Assembly: GCA_965203965.1 (NCBI GenBank)
Contig: CBDBDR010000017.1
Location: 736,001-800,000, forward strand
DNA from: Thermodesulfobacteriota bacterium
Lineage (GTDB): Bacteria; Desulfobacterota_D; UBA1144; Nemesobacterales; JAJCZQ01
Direction: 5' to 3'
Length of the DNA stretch: 64,000 nucleotides
Below the pieces are notes generated by a model. That model did not search any database and had not been told where the DNA came from. It worked only from the letters and a program-made list of their open reading frames with translations. The translations under genes were made by a program, and so were the position numbers. Below, piece by piece: positions 31,376 through 45,348 of this stretch. How positions within the stretch are numbered: the first letter of the stretch is position 1; the number at the start of each line of letters is the position of its first letter.

Positions 31376-33289
31376 TCATCTGTATTTCAACCCCTTTTTA
31401 TTTTCCTTTGTAATCACATCAACAAATTCATCCAAACCCATTGAGTTCAACTTCCTACCCCCATGCATCCTTGGAGACACAGTCCGGGACTTCATTTCAT
31501 CAGAACCAATGACCAGCAGATAGGAAACTTTCATACGCTGTGCCTCCCTGACCTTGTAGCCGAGTTTCTCATTTCTAAAGTCTTTCTCCACCCTGAAATT
31601 CAAATCCTTTAACCTTTTGTAAATGGATTGAGCATAGTCATTATAATCTTCTGCCACAGTTGCAATCCTAATCTGTTCAGGGTTTAACCAAAATGGAAAT
31701 GCACCGCCATAATGCTCAATAAGTATTCCAAAAAACCTTTCAATTGATCCAAATACTGCCCTATGGATCATTATAGGAGTATGACGAGCGTTATCATCAC
31801 CCGCATAACTCATACCAAACCTCTTTGGAAGGTTGAAATCCACTTGAACAGTTGAACACTGCCAAGACCTTCCGATAACGTCCTTTATCTTGAGGTCTAT
31901 TTTGGGACCGTAAAACGCCCCGCCACCTTCATCAATTTCATAATTCAACTTCAAGGTTTCCAAGGCATTCCTGATTGCATCGGTTGACTTTTCCCAATCT
32001 TCTTGAGTTCCTATAAATTTCTTCGGACTTGTAGATAAATAAATCTCGTATTCATTAAATCCAAAAGTCTCCAGAAAACTTGTCGTTAAGTTCATAACTT
32101 CAATAACTTCATCCTTAATTTGATCAGGTGTGCAGAATATATGTGCATCATCCTGTGAAAAACCCCTCATCCTTAGTAGTCCATGAAGAACTCCTGATCT
32201 CTCATATCTATAAACAGTACCAACCTCAGCCCATCTTAAAGGCAAGTCGCGGTAGCTTCTTACTTTAGTTTTATAAATCATAATATGGAACGGACAGTTC
32301 ATTGGTTTTAACTGATATCTTAGATTGCCAATTTCCATAGGTGAGAACATATTTTCGCTGTAAAAATCCGTGTGTCCGCTTGCTTCCCACAAGTCAAGTT
32401 TGGCAACATGGGGAGTAAAAAGTATTTCATAACCCAATTTCTCATGATGCTGGCGCCAGAAATCCTCAATTACCCTTCTTATCCTTGCCCCCCGAGGGTG
32501 CCACAACACCAAACCCGAACCAACTTCTTCCTGTATACTGAAGAGATCAAGTTCCGTGCCAAGTTTGCGGTGGTCTCTTTTTTTCGCTTCTTCAAGCTGC
32601 GATAGATACTTTTTAAGTTCTTTCCTGTCCCAAAAAGCAGTGCCATAAATCCTTTGGAGCATGGCATTGTTTTCATTGCCTCTCCAGTAAGCTCCCGCCG
32701 AACCTGTAAGTTTGAATGAGTTAATCAATCCCGTTGAGGGAACATGAGGACCTCTGCACAGATCATACCAAGTTTGCTGGTCGTAGATTGTAATACTTTC
32801 GTTTACGGGCAAATCTTCAATTATTTCAACTTTATATTTCTCACCGTTCTTGGTAAATATGTCAATTGCCTCGTCTCTTGAGATTATCTTTCTAATAAGT
32901 GGCTTATCTTCCGCAATTATTTCCCCCATTCTTTCTTCTATTTTTTCCAGATCTTCGGGTGTAAAACCTCTTGGAAAATCAAAATCATAGTAAAATCCAT
33001 TCTCAATTACCGGGCCTATAGTTACTTTAGCTTCAGGATAAAGCGATTGCACCGCCTCAGCCATAACGTGTGCGGCGGTGTGCCTGATGAGTTGCAAGCC
33101 ATCTTCGGAACGATTTTTTATCGGTTCAATTTCAGAATTTTCCTCAACATTGTGCCAGAAATCTGTAACAACTCCATTTACCTTGGCTCCAATGCAGTCG
33201 TCCTTTAATTCAAAGGATTCCAGTATATCGCCAACATTTAAACCGAGGATGAATTCTCTCTCTTTATTACCTTTAACACTAACCTTCAT
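31376..33289 (-). CDS. thrS: Threonyl-tRNA synthetase
   Basis: RHTAAHVMA, DLCRGPHV, KRDHRKLG, KPMNCPFH, FYGPKID. True start is ATG 33289; the track extension runs through the tRNA. Confidence 0.97.
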   Translation of the reverse strand: MKVSVKGNKEREFILGLNVGDILESFELKDDCIGAKVNGVVTDFWHNVEENSEIEPIKNRSEDGLQLIRHTAAHVMAEAVQSLYPEAKVTIGPVIENGFYYDFDFPRGFTPEDLEKIEERMGEIIAEDKPLIRKIISRDEAIDIFTKNGEKYKVEIIEDLPVNESITIYDQQTWYDLCRGPHVPSTGLINSFKLTGSAGAYWRGNENNAMLQRIYGTAFWDRKELKKYLSQLEEAKKRDHRKLGTELDLFSIQEEVGSGLVLWHPRGARIRRVIEDFWRQHHEKLGYEILFTPHVAKLDLWEASGHTDFYSENMFSPMEIGNLRYQLKPMNCPFHIMIYKTKVRSYRDLPLRWAEVGTVYRYERSGVLHGLLRMRGFSQDDAHIFCTPDQIKDEVIEVMNLTTSFLETFGFNEYEIYLSTSPKKFIGTQEDWEKSTDAIRNALETLKLNYEIDEGGGAFYGPKIDLKIKDVIGRSWQCSTVQVDFNLPKRFGMSYAGDDNARHTPIMIHRAVFGSIERFFGILIEHYGGAFPFWLNPEQIRIATVAEDYNDYAQSIYKRLKDLNFRVEKDFRNEKLGYKVREAQRMKVSYLLVIGSDEMKSRTVSPRMHGGRKLNSMGLDEFVDVITKENKKGLKYR

Positions 33290-33312
33290 AAGTTTTTGAT
33301 TCCTGAATATCG

Positions 33313-33384
33313 TGAGCACGGCAGGATTTGAACCTGCGACCTCTTGCGTGTCAAGCAAGCGCTCTCCCCCTGAGCTACGCACTC
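33313..33384 (-). tRNA. tRNA-Val(GAC), CCA not encoded
   Basis: Acceptor GAGTGCG/CGTGCTC, D arm GCTC/GAGC, anticodon arm CTTGC-TTGACAC-GCAAG, T arm GCAGG-TTCAAAT-CCTGC, discriminator A. Confidence 0.96.
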
Positions 33385-33403
33385 CTGAAAAAAATAAGGA
33401 ATT

Positions 33404-33432
33404 ATTCTCTTGAATATTAAAATGTATGTCAA
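33404..33432 (-). promoter_or_regulatory. Probable sigma70 promoter for tRNA-Val/thrS
   Basis: TTGACA-17 bp-GAGAAT about 20 nt upstream of the tRNA. Confidence 0.45.
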
Positions 33433-33527
33433 GAAACGTAATATAGGAAATGGAAAATCACTATTAAACGGACAAGAAACTTCGCTTGGAATACTGACTA
33501 TCCTGTCTGTATCTGTATATAAAATTA

Positions 33528-34742
33528 CTAAGATAAAGTTGATATGAGCTTAAACATTGGCAAGTACATAGCCATCACAAGTACACCAACTGTAACACCA
33601 ATGAAAACCATCAGCAGCGGCTCAATGGTTGACGTAATAGAATCAACAGCATTGTCTACTTCCTGTTCATAAAAATCCGCTATCTTCTCCATCATGGAGT
33701 CTATACTACCAGTCTGCTCACCAACATTTACCATACTCACAACAAGTATAGAAAAAATATTAGGGCTCTGTTGTAAAGAAAATGCAAGGGTTTCACCTCT
33801 ACTTACCCTTTCCCTTGAAGACATAATGGCTTCTTGCACTACTAAATTTCCGGATGTTGACGATGCTGTCTCCAATCCATCTAAAAGCGTAACTCCAGCT
33901 CTAGTTAATTCACCCAAAGTACGGCAAAATCTGGAAATAACTAATTTCTTAATAAGATCACCTACTAGGGGTGCCCTCAAAATAAGACCGTCCGCAGACC
34001 TCCTAAATCTTTTACTTTTGCTATAGCTGTAACTCACAAACAAACAGAAAACTACAATAACAGCCAGTAAATAAACAACGTTAGCCTTTACAAAATAACT
34101 TAAGGTTACCACCCCTTGAGTAAGGGGAGGGAGTGTAGTTTGCATATCAGCAAATATTTTTGTAAAAATAGGAATCACATAAACAAGAAGAATCATAATT
34201 ACTGCAACAGCTACCAATGTTACAATTGACGGATAGATCATAGCGCGTTGGACTCTTTTCTTGAGATCTCGCGTCCTTCTCATATAATCGGCAAGTCTTT
34301 TCAAAGAAGAAACTAAAATACCACCTGCTTCACCAGACCTAACTAAACTCACGTATAATGAGGAGAAAAGCTTGGGATGTCTGGAAAGTGAATCGGCAAA
34401 AGTTGAACCGCTTTCTATTGATCTCCTAATCCTGATTAGGATATCTTTGAAATTCTTAGATTGCTGCTGTTCGGCTAAAACACTTAATGATTTTACCAAA
34501 ACCATACCAGAATCTACCATTGTAGATAACTGATCTGTAAAAGAAATAATATCGTCTTCAGAGACACCGCTACCTAATGTTATATTGAAATCAGACCAAC
34601 TACTCTTTTTCTTGATCTTATCAAAATTAGGTTTAATTCCAAGTTGACCTAGATTATTAATAACCGCAGACTTATTGGCTGCCTCCATTTCCCCTTTACG
34701 AACACCTTGGTCAGTTGTTCCTTCCCATGTATATACTGGCAT
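33528..34742 (-). CDS. pilC: Type IV pilus platform protein (PilC/GspF family)
   Basis: Two T2SSF repeats (GEAGGIL...AMIYP; GEQTGSID...IEP...AMYLPMF); follows pilT. Confidence 0.92.
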   Translation of the reverse strand: MPVYTWEGTTDQGVRKGEMEAANKSAVINNLGQLGIKPNFDKIKKKSSWSDFNITLGSGVSEDDIISFTDQLSTMVDSGMVLVKSLSVLAEQQQSKNFKDILIRIRRSIESGSTFADSLSRHPKLFSSLYVSLVRSGEAGGILVSSLKRLADYMRRTRDLKKRVQRAMIYPSIVTLVAVAVIMILLVYVIPIFTKIFADMQTTLPPLTQGVVTLSYFVKANVVYLLAVIVVFCLFVSYSYSKSKRFRRSADGLILRAPLVGDLIKKLVISRFCRTLGELTRAGVTLLDGLETASSTSGNLVVQEAIMSSRERVSRGETLAFSLQQSPNIFSILVVSMVNVGEQTGSIDSMMEKIADFYEQEVDNAVDSITSTIEPLLMVFIGVTVGVLVMAMYLPMFKLISTLS

Positions 34743-34757
34743 TAAAATATCATCCTA

Positions 34758-35852
34758 TCAACTTCCGGACTTTTGCCTCAGTGTACCTTTATATCTCATT
34801 AATAAATCTTGCAATTCCATGGTATCTTGACTATGAGATTTAGCATCTTCGTAAGAAATTAACCCCTTCGCACAAAGATTGGCAAGACTTTGGTTAAGTG
34901 TCTGCATTTTAGTCTCTTGCTGTCCCAACTGTTGCTGTCCGTATATCTGGTGCACTTTATCCTCACGAATGAGATTCCTTACGGCATTGTTGGGTATCAG
35001 TACTTCCACTGCAAGTACAAGACCTCCTCCAATTTTTGGTAACAAGGATTGGCACAACACTCCTTCCAAAACCAAAGACAGTTGCCCCCTGATCTGAGAC
35101 TGTTCGTCAGCTGGAAAAACATCAATAATACGGTTAACGGTCTGGACAGCTGTATTAGTATGCAAGGTTCCAAACGCTAAGTGACCCGTTTCCGCAATTG
35201 ACATAGCAGCTCTCATAGTTTCAAGGTCCCTCAATTCGCCTATCATCACAACATCAGGATCTTCTCTTAAAGAACTTCTTAAAGCATTATGAAAACTCTT
35301 TGTATCCCTATTGACTTCTCTTTGGCTAATAAGACTGTTGCCATGTCTAAAAACATATTCTACGGGATCTTCAATTGTTATAATATGCTTTTGAAATTCT
35401 TCGGTGATCTGTTTAATCATTGAGGCCATCGTGGTGCTTTTACCACTACCCGTTGGTCCGGTCACTAAAATTAACCCCTTGGGTCTTTTGACCAGTGAGG
35501 AAACAACCGGTGGCAACCCAAGCTCTTTAATATTTTTAATTACAGGTTCCAGTATTCTAAAGGCAGCAGCAACACTATCACTTTGCATATAAACGTTTGC
35601 ACGAAACCTCCCAATATTTTCCAAACCAAAAGCAAAATCAATCTCTTTATTTTCTTCAAAATCATGCTTTTGTTTATCCTTTAAGACACTGTAGCAAATA
35701 TCTTTTGTTTCATTGACAGACAGTGGGCGAGATTCTAAAGGTATTAATTTTGCATTTACTCTACCCATTGGGGGAGCTCCAGCAACAATGTGCAAATCAG
35801 TAGAACCATGTTTCACCATTAATTCTAATAGTTTATGTAATGATATTGCCAT
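34758..35852 (-). CDS. pilT: Type IV pilus retraction ATPase
   Basis: GPTGSGKST, TIEDPVEY, LREDPD, AETGHL, AVRNLIRE motif. Confidence 0.95.
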   Translation of the reverse strand: MAISLHKLLELMVKHGSTDLHIVAGAPPMGRVNAKLIPLESRPLSVNETKDICYSVLKDKQKHDFEENKEIDFAFGLENIGRFRANVYMQSDSVAAAFRILEPVIKNIKELGLPPVVSSLVKRPKGLILVTGPTGSGKSTTMASMIKQITEEFQKHIITIEDPVEYVFRHGNSLISQREVNRDTKSFHNALRSSLREDPDVVMIGELRDLETMRAAMSIAETGHLAFGTLHTNTAVQTVNRIIDVFPADEQSQIRGQLSLVLEGVLCQSLLPKIGGGLVLAVEVLIPNNAVRNLIREDKVHQIYGQQQLGQQETKMQTLNQSLANLCAKGLISYEDAKSHSQDTMELQDLLMRYKGTLRQKSGS

Positions 35853-35858
35853 AAAAGA

Positions 35859-37538
35859 TCAACCATCCTTTCCAGAAATTTTAATTACTTCATCAATTGT
35901 TATAAGTCCTGCTTTTAATTTACCAAGTGCGCTCTGCCTTAGCGTTAACATACCTTGATCTATTGCTGCTTTTTTAATTTCAGAAGCTAATGCCCCGTTC
36001 ATAATGAGGTCTTTGATTTGTTGAGTTAATACCAGCACTTCATATACGGATATCCTACCCTTGTAACCTGTTCCGTAACATTTGTCGCAACCTGTCCCAG
36101 CAAAACAATCAAATTTCCCTATCTCTTCGGAAGGCACTCCATTATTAATTAACAGTTGAGGAATAACGTCTACTTTGTCCTTACAATTATCGCAAATTAA
36201 CCTAACAAGTCTCTGTGCAACAATCGCATTTAACGAGGATGCAATAAGAAACGGCTCAATACCGATATTTAACAATCTTGCAATCGTTGATACCGAGTCG
36301 TTTGTATGAAGAGTAGACAGCACAAGGTGCCCCGTTAGGGCAGCTTTAATTGAAATTTCGGCAGTTTCATAATCTCTTATCTCTCCAACAAGAATTATGT
36401 CGGGATCCTGTCTTAAAAAAGCCCTAAGGCATGAAGCAAAGGTCAACCCGATATCCTCATGGACTCTAACTTGATTGATACCCTGAATAGTATATTCAAC
36501 TGGGTCTTCGGCAGTGGAAATATTTACTTCATTGTTATTCATCTCCATTAAACTTGAGTAAAGAGTGGTTGTTTTACCACTACCAGTTGGACCAGTTATC
36601 AACACCATCCCATGTGGCTGAAAGATTGACTTTCTGAATTCTTCCAACTGTCGTTTATTAAAACCTAACTTTTCTAGGTCAAATTGTAAGTTACCTTTAT
36701 CCAAAACTCTTAAAACGACCTTCTCGCCAAAAACAGTTGGAATAGATGAGACACGGTATTCAATATAACCTTTTTTTGGAATTCTCATCTTTATCCTGCC
36801 ATCCTGTGGCAACCTTCTCTCGGCTATATTCATACCTGCCATAATCTTGATTCTGGATGAAATTGCATTCTTCGCTTTAACAGGAGGGGAAATGTCATCA
36901 GAAAGAACACCGTCCATTCTGTACCTGATTCTGAGATCTTTTTCAGAAGGTTCTATATGAATATCACTCGCACCTTTTTTGACGGCATTAGTAAGGATAA
37001 AATTTACAAGTTTGATTATAGGGGCATCTTCATAAGAAACATCCTGTTCTTCGTCATCACTTTCTTCTTCGTATTCATACAAATCTACATCCTCACCTAA
37101 CCCTTCACCTATATTTTCAATTACACGGCTAAGTTCCTTTTCACTCTCTTTTTCCAACTCCGTAGCAATTTGTTCCTCGTGCTCTTCCTGCGTTCCGTAG
37201 TACCTATTTATTGCTTCTTTAATTTCACTCTCAGATGAAACAACCACTTCGACCTCATAGCCCGTGGTAAACTTAATATCGTCAATAGCAAAAACATCAG
37301 ACGGGTCAGATAAAGCAATTTGTATCAAATTTGAACTTAATAGATCAAGTGGGATTAATTTGTGCCTATGTGCCAAATCTCTTGAAACAAGCTGTATAAC
37401 CTCTGGGGATATTTGTCTATTGCTTAAGCTTATATAAGGTAAACCATATCTCCCGCTTAACTCATTAGCTAGAGATATATCATCTCTAATCTCAATCTCA
37501 CCTTCATTTAATTCCTTATCTTTTTCGCTAACTGACAC
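35859..37538 (-). CDS. pilB: Type IV pilus assembly ATPase
   Basis: [33 protein letters not shown], CxxC..CxxC zinc motif. Confidence 0.93.
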   Translation of the reverse strand: MSVSEKDKELNEGEIEIRDDISLANELSGRYGLPYISLSNRQISPEVIQLVSRDLAHRHKLIPLDLLSSNLIQIALSDPSDVFAIDDIKFTTGYEVEVVVSSESEIKEAINRYYGTQEEHEEQIATELEKESEKELSRVIENIGEGLGEDVDLYEYEEESDDEEQDVSYEDAPIIKLVNFILTNAVKKGASDIHIEPSEKDLRIRYRMDGVLSDDISPPVKAKNAISSRIKIMAGMNIAERRLPQDGRIKMRIPKKGYIEYRVSSIPTVFGEKVVLRVLDKGNLQFDLEKLGFNKRQLEEFRKSIFQPHGMVLITGPTGSGKTTTLYSSLMEMNNNEVNISTAEDPVEYTIQGINQVRVHEDIGLTFASCLRAFLRQDPDIILVGEIRDYETAEISIKAALTGHLVLSTLHTNDSVSTIARLLNIGIEPFLIASSLNAIVAQRLVRLICDNCKDKVDVIPQLLINNGVPSEEIGKFDCFAGTGCDKCYGTGYKGRISVYEVLVLTQQIKDLIMNGALASEIKKAAIDQGMLTLRQSALGKLKAGLITIDEVIKISGKDG

Positions 37539-37619
37539 AATGAAACCTCCTACGTAGCTACTTTGATCTTAATACTTTTAATTTATTACCTAGCAGGCAG
37601 TATTATACCTTACACAATA

Positions 37620-38498
37620 ATGAGTTTTCAAAAATTAATAATAGATTTACAAAATTTTTGGGCAGAAAAAGGTTGTGTGATAGCCCAACCGTATGACATT
37701 GAGAAAGGTGCCGGCACCTTTCATCCTGCCACTTTTCTAAGATGTTTGGGGCCTGAACCTTGGAGAGTGGCTTACATTGAACCATCAAGAAGACCATCCG
37801 ATGGAAGATACGGGGATAATCCAAACAGGCTTCAGCACTACTACCAATTCCAAGTTTTGATAAAACCATCACCGGATAATATACAGCAACTTTATTTGGA
37901 CAGTCTTGAATATTTGGGAATAGAACCACTTGAGCACGATATAAGATTTGTGGAAGATGATTGGGAATCCCCAACTCTCGGAGCATGGGGTCTTGGCTGG
38001 GAAGTCTGGCTTGATGGAATGGAAATAACACAGTTTACCTACTTTCAGCAGGCTGGGGGAATCGATCTCAACCCGATTTCCACTGAGATAACATACGGAA
38101 CCGAAAGAATAGCCATGTATCTTCAGAAGGTTGAAAATGTCTTTGACCTTAAGTGGACTGAAGAAATAACTTATGGCGAGATATTTCATCAAAATGAATT
38201 TCAGGCTTCAAAATACAATTTTGAAGAGTCCGATCCAGTGATGTTGAAAGACCTGTTTGAAAAATTTGAGACCGAGTGCAAAAAACTCATTGAAAAACAA
38301 CTTCCTATACCGGCCTATGAATACTGCTTAAAATCCTCTCACACCTTCAACTTGTTGGATGCACGGGGAAAAATTGGCGTTGCCGAGCGTGCCAATTACA
38401 TTGCCAGAGTTAGAAAAATTGCAAACATGTGTGCTCAATCCTATCTGCAAAACAGAGAAAGTCTCGGATTCCCATTGTTGAAAAACAAAAATGAATAA
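37620..38498 (+). CDS. glyQ: Glycyl-tRNA synthetase alpha subunit
   Basis: [48 protein letters not shown]; start moved to ATG 37620. Confidence 0.97.
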   Translation: MSFQKLIIDLQNFWAEKGCVIAQPYDIEKGAGTFHPATFLRCLGPEPWRVAYIEPSRRPSDGRYGDNPNRLQHYYQFQVLIKPSPDNIQQLYLDSLEYLGIEPLEHDIRFVEDDWESPTLGAWGLGWEVWLDGMEITQFTYFQQAGGIDLNPISTEITYGTERIAMYLQKVENVFDLKWTEEITYGEIFHQNEFQASKYNFEESDPVMLKDLFEKFETECKKLIEKQLPIPAYEYCLKSSHTFNLLDARGKIGVAERANYIARVRKIANMCAQSYLQNRESLGFPLLKNKNE

Positions 38499-40578
38499 AG
38501 AACTACTGCTTGAAATAGGAACCGAAGAAATTCCCGCCCTGTTTTTGGAAGAGTCTGCAAGGGATTTAAACAGGATAATAACAAAGGAGTTTGAAAAAAG
38601 CTGGCTTGAATTCGGAAACGTTGAAATTTTTTACACACCAAGAAGATTAGCGGTAAGAGTATCAAACCTCTTGCCAGATCAAAAGGAAAGAACAGTTGAA
38701 AATTTTGGCCCATCCAAAAAGACGGCATTTGATATTAATGGAAAGCTCACCAAAGCTGCTTTGGGATTTGCAAGGTCTCAGGGAGTTGATTTTGAGCAAC
38801 TTGACATGGTCAAAAGAAAAAATGGAGAATTCCTCACGTTCAGAAAAAAGATAAGAGGTGAAAAAACCAGTGAGGTCTTAAAAACCCTGCTTCCTAAAAT
38901 AATCAACTCAATTCACTTCAGAAAATCAATGAGGTGGGGATACGGTAAAACAACCTTTGCAAGACCTATCAGATGGATAATGTGCATTTATAACGGCAAG
39001 AAATTGGAATTTGAGTTTGATGACATAAAAAGCAATTCTAAAAGCTACGGACACAGGTTTACTTCACCAGAATCTTTCTCGCCCGCGAACTGGAATGATT
39101 ATATATATCATCTAGAAAAAAAGGATGTCTACATCAATCAATCTAAAAGAAAAAAATCCATTGAAAAAGGGATTGACGAATTGGCATCAAAACTGGGAGG
39201 ACACGTTGAAAAAGATGAAGAACTTCTTGAAACAGTTAACAACTTAATTGAATGCCCCGTAGTCCTTCACGGACAGTTTGAAAAGGGTTTCTTAAAAATC
39301 CCAAAAGAAGTGCTTATCAGTGTGATGAAAATTCATCAAAAATACTTCCCCGTATTATCAAAATCAAAAAAAATCCTCCCATACTTCATTTTTGTTTGCG
39401 GAACTCGCGTTAGAAATAATGAAACCGTTATAAGAGGAAATGAGATAGTTTTAAGAGCACGATTCAGAGACGCAGAGTTTTTCTGGAACGAAGATATAAA
39501 GTCCCCCCTTGCGAACAATCTGGAAAAATTAGAAACAGTAGAGTTTCTCTCCCGGATTGGAAGCTATGCCGAGAAAACAGGAAGGTTGAAAGATAATGTT
39601 GAAAATCTCGCATATTACGCTGGAATAAACACCGATGATATAGCAATAAACTTAAGAAGAGCCGCCGAGCTTTCAAAGGCAGATCTTGTATCAAAAATGG
39701 TATTTGAGTTCCCTGAACTTCAGGGGATCATGGGCAAATACTATGCAAGAAAATCGGGAGAAGAAAATGAGGTTGCCACAGCAATAGAAGAACAATATAT
39801 GCCGAGAGAACGAGATGGAAAACTACCATCAACAACAATAGGAGCACTACTCAGCATAGCAGATAAAATTGATAACATTTGTTCTTGTTTTGCAGTCGGT
39901 TTGAAGGCTACAGGGTCTGCTGATCCACATGCTCTGAGAAGGCAGGCTATTGGCATTATACAAATAGTTCTGAAAAAACAGTGGAGTTTCAACTTACAAA
40001 TTGCACTGGAAAATACACTTGGACATGTGCTTCAAAAAATACCCATGGAGGCTAAAAAGGAAAAAACCCGTGTTGATATTGCAGGTTTTATCTCTGAAAG
40101 ATTTAAAAATTTGATGTTGGAAGAAGGCTACTCAAACAACGTGGTTGATTCGGTGCTTTCAACAGGTTTTGACAATATCCTTGATAGTTATAACAAGATA
40201 AAAGCTCTGGAAAAATTCAAAAAGCAAAAGGGGTTTGCAGAACTTGCAGCTGTTTTTAAGCGTGTAGTGAACATCATAAAAGAAAAGCCCGTGGCAAGAT
40301 TAGACCCCTCCCTTTTTAAGGACAATTCTGAACGCAAACTTCATGAGGTCTTTGTAGATATAAATGAGAAAGCAAACAATTATAATGAAGGCGTAACTAC
40401 TAAGGCAGATTACACGGAAATACTCAAAGAAATAAAAAAACTGAAAAAACCTGTGGACAACTTCTTCAATTCAGTCTTGGTAATGGATAAGGATGAAAGG
40501 TTAAAAAACAACAGGTTGGCTCTACTGAATGAAATAAAAAACCTCTTCTTCCGTATCTGTGATTTTTCCAGAATTTAG
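38491..40578 (+). CDS. glyS: Glycyl-tRNA synthetase beta subunit
   Basis: [39 protein letters not shown]. Confidence 0.96.
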   Translation: MNKELLLEIGTEEIPALFLEESARDLNRIITKEFEKSWLEFGNVEIFYTPRRLAVRVSNLLPDQKERTVENFGPSKKTAFDINGKLTKAALGFARSQGVDFEQLDMVKRKNGEFLTFRKKIRGEKTSEVLKTLLPKIINSIHFRKSMRWGYGKTTFARPIRWIMCIYNGKKLEFEFDDIKSNSKSYGHRFTSPESFSPANWNDYIYHLEKKDVYINQSKRKKSIEKGIDELASKLGGHVEKDEELLETVNNLIECPVVLHGQFEKGFLKIPKEVLISVMKIHQKYFPVLSKSKKILPYFIFVCGTRVRNNETVIRGNEIVLRARFRDAEFFWNEDIKSPLANNLEKLETVEFLSRIGSYAEKTGRLKDNVENLAYYAGINTDDIAINLRRAAELSKADLVSKMVFEFPELQGIMGKYYARKSGEENEVATAIEEQYMPRERDGKLPSTTIGALLSIADKIDNICSCFAVGLKATGSADPHALRRQAIGIIQIVLKKQWSFNLQIALENTLGHVLQKIPMEAKKEKTRVDIAGFISERFKNLMLEEGYSNNVVDSVLSTGFDNILDSYNKIKALEKFKKQKGFAELAAVFKRVVNIIKEKPVARLDPSLFKDNSERKLHEVFVDINEKANNYNEGVTTKADYTEILKEIKKLKKPVDNFFNSVLVMDKDERLKNNRLALLNEIKNLFFRICDFSRI

Positions 40579-40648
40579 TTGTTACAAAACTGAAATCAAT
40601 CTAACAACGGACGTGTATTGGTCTTCAGATACAATCAAACTCCTTCAC

Positions 40649-41173
40649 TCAAAATTCAGATTCTCCTTTGTAATTGTTCCCATAAGAGTTTAAATGAAAA
40701 ACGTCTTCAGGATTTTTTCTGTATTTGCGCGTTGTAACTTTATCTTTATTGAAATAACCAAACGGTAAAACCGTCAGAACATTCCATCTATCGGGAATTT
40801 GTAGAAACTGCTTCAATCCCACATCATCAATCCTTCCTATCCAGCAGGAACCAAGACCAAAACTCCAAGCGGTCAATACCATATTCTGCACGGCTCTTGT
40901 TGTGTCTATTTCATGCCACTTTGACCTCGGATCACTCAAAACAACCACTGCAAAAGCAGCCTGTGAGATAAAATTTCCGCTGATACAGTATTTCACCATT
41001 CTCTCCAGCTTTTTCTTTTCCACGATCAGAATAAATTCCCATGGCTGATCATTACGGGCACTGGGGGCTAACCTACCTGCTTCTATCACGTTGTGAATAA
41101 TTTCGGCATCAACGTCCTTATTCTGATAGCCCCTGATTGAACTTAAAGTTGATACACACTTGAAAACTTCCAT
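40649..41173 (-). CDS. Nitroreductase family protein
   Basis: SIRGY, APSARNDQPWEF, GLGSCWIG. Confidence 0.88.
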   Translation of the reverse strand: MEVFKCVSTLSSIRGYQNKDVDAEIIHNVIEAGRLAPSARNDQPWEFILIVEKKKLERMVKYCISGNFISQAAFAVVVLSDPRSKWHEIDTTRAVQNMVLTAWSFGLGSCWIGRIDDVGLKQFLQIPDRWNVLTVLPFGYFNKDKVTTRKYRKNPEDVFHLNSYGNNYKGESEF

Positions 41174-41268
41174 TAATGTTCCCTGTGATTTAACTTCTTC
41201 TGACCATACAGTTCAATTTTTCTTGTGGTATTTGAAGCGTTTACAAAAGAATAAACTGAGAGTATTAA

Positions 41269-43830
<2,562 letters not shown>

Positions 43831-43882
43831 TTACACTTCAGCGATTGGCAATTATCAATGTTTTCCACCGTATTAACAAACG

Positions 43883-44440
43883 CTAAGAAATCTTAGGGAT
43901 GGTTATTCCAGACTGCTTCTGATACTTGCCCTTCTTATCAGCATAAGATGTTTCACACTCTTCATCCGCCTCAAAAAACAACACTTGTGCTATACCTTCA
44001 TTAGCATATATTTTGGCTGGGATTGGGGTGGTGTTTGATATTTCAAGTGTAACAAAGCCTTCCCATTCCGGCTCAAAAGGTGTAACGTTCACAATTATCC
44101 CACACCTTGCGTAAGTTGATTTACCCACGCAAATAGTGATGGTGCTTCTTGGTATTCTGAAATACTCCACAGTCCTAGCAAGGGCAAAAGAATTTGGTGG
44201 CACTATGCAGACGTCATCATTTATTTCAACAAAAGACTTGTCATCAAAGTTTTTTGGGTCAACCAGTGAATTGAACACGTTTGTAAAAACTTTGAACTCA
44301 TCACTCACTCTGATGTCGTAACCATAAGCGGATAAACCATAGGAGATAACACCTTTACTGATTTGATTATCCACGAACGGTTCAATCATCTTAAGCTCCT
44401 GCGCCATTTTGCGTATCCAATGATCTGGTTTAATGCTCAT
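43883..44440 (-). CDS. dcd: dCTP deaminase
   Basis: [35 protein letters not shown]. Confidence 0.95.
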   Translation of the reverse strand: MSIKPDHWIRKMAQELKMIEPFVDNQISKGVISYGLSAYGYDIRVSDEFKVFTNVFNSLVDPKNFDDKSFVEINDDVCIVPPNSFALARTVEYFRIPRSTITICVGKSTYARCGIIVNVTPFEPEWEGFVTLEISNTTPIPAKIYANEGIAQVLFFEADEECETSYADKKGKYQKQSGITIPKIS

Positions 44441-44790
44441 GATTAACTCACCTTCAAAATAATTTGACTTGCAAACTGCAATTTTGTCCCTGCAATTTTT
44501 ATAAACAGCGGATAAAGATGGGAAAAGATAGTATCACCGTATAATAATAACTCAATTCAAACCTTCCGTATTAGTTCCGGAGACACAATATTTACCGTTC
44601 GTTTTTCTGGATTCCTGCTTCTGCAAGAGAGCAGTTCTGAAGACATAATGCTTAATTATCTTAACTTCAAGCACTGCACCCATTTACCAGTGCAGCGATT
44701 GTACCTCCGAAATGATAGTTGTAAAACACTATTTTTGCTCTTTATCCACCCCCCTGGAGTTTGGAGTTTTTGGATGACAAGGTGGTAAAT

Positions 44791-44837
44791 TTCCCTCCTC
44801 TGAAGGGGTGGCAGTCCGCAGGACTGACGGGGTAGTT
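44791..44837. repeat. GC-rich double-hairpin, REP-like extragenic element (single copy in the window)
   Basis: ttccctcctctgaaggggtgg followed by the perfect hairpin CAGTCC-GCA-GGACTG and acggggtagtt, in an AT-rich context. Confidence 0.4.
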
Positions 44838-44844
44838 CTACCTC

Positions 44845-44873
44845 TTGACAGCATTGCCAATGCAATTTATAAT
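44845..44873 (+). promoter_or_regulatory. Consensus sigma70 promoter of the metal-uptake operon
   Basis: TTGACA (44845-44850), 17 bp, TATAAT (44868-44873). Confidence 0.9.
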
Positions 44874-44891
44874 TGAGAAAAATTCTCAATT
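44871..44891. promoter_or_regulatory. Fur/Zur-family operator palindrome
   Basis: AATTGAGAA-AAA-TTCTCAATT inverted repeat containing a 7-1-7 TGAGAAA-A-ATTCTCA box; overlaps the -10/+1 region upstream of a Fur-family gene. Confidence 0.8.
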
Positions 44892-44901
44892 GGAAAGCAA
44901 C

Positions 44902-45348
44902 ATGATAAATTTCCCGTGCATAAAAGAGCAGGATGCAAAAGAACTTTTGAAAGATAGAGGACTGAAATCAACTCCACAAAGGCTTGCGGTGCTACACGTT
45001 TTACATGAAAGCCCCGGATGCCTTTCAATAAACGATATTTTACAGAAAACAAAAGCAATTATACCCAACACGGGACTTGCAACGATTTACAGGACTCTTG
45101 ATATTTTTGTTGAACTTGGTCTTGCAACACGGGTTTATTTTCAGGATGGTTCCTGTTTCTATGCTTATTCAGCACAAGTTCACAGCCATCAGATCATCTG
45201 CACAAGTTGTAGCAAAAATATGGATTTACCTAAATGCCCTTTTGAGAACTATTTTGAGGATATATCATCCAAAACCGGGTTTAAAATTCATGATCATTTT
45301 GTTCAATTATATGGAGAATGCAATGACTGTAAGGGGTATCCAAGATGA
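44902..45348 (+). CDS. Fur-family regulator, probably Zur
   Basis: GLKSTPQR, GLATIYRTL, HSHQIICTSC, GECNDC. Start moved to ATG 44902 because the track TTG is the -35 box. Confidence 0.88.
   Translation: MINFPCIKEQDAKELLKDRGLKSTPQRLAVLHVLHESPGCLSINDILQKTKAIIPNTGLATIYRTLDIFVELGLATRVYFQDGSCFYAYSAQVHSHQIICTSCSKNMDLPKCPFENYFEDISSKTGFKIHDHFVQLYGECNDCKGYPR

Noticed and set aside
33290..33382. 31-aa N-terminal extension of ThrS in the ORF track
   Set aside because: It is tRNA-Val read in frame; ThrS-like sequence starts at ATG 33289.
31328..33527. Prophage or integrative element at tRNA-Val
   Set aside because: No integrase and no duplicated tRNA 3' end seen; thrS follows directly.
44845..44901. 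TTG start and extension of the Fur-family ORF
   Set aside because: The TTG is the -35 box and the extension spans the promoter and operator.
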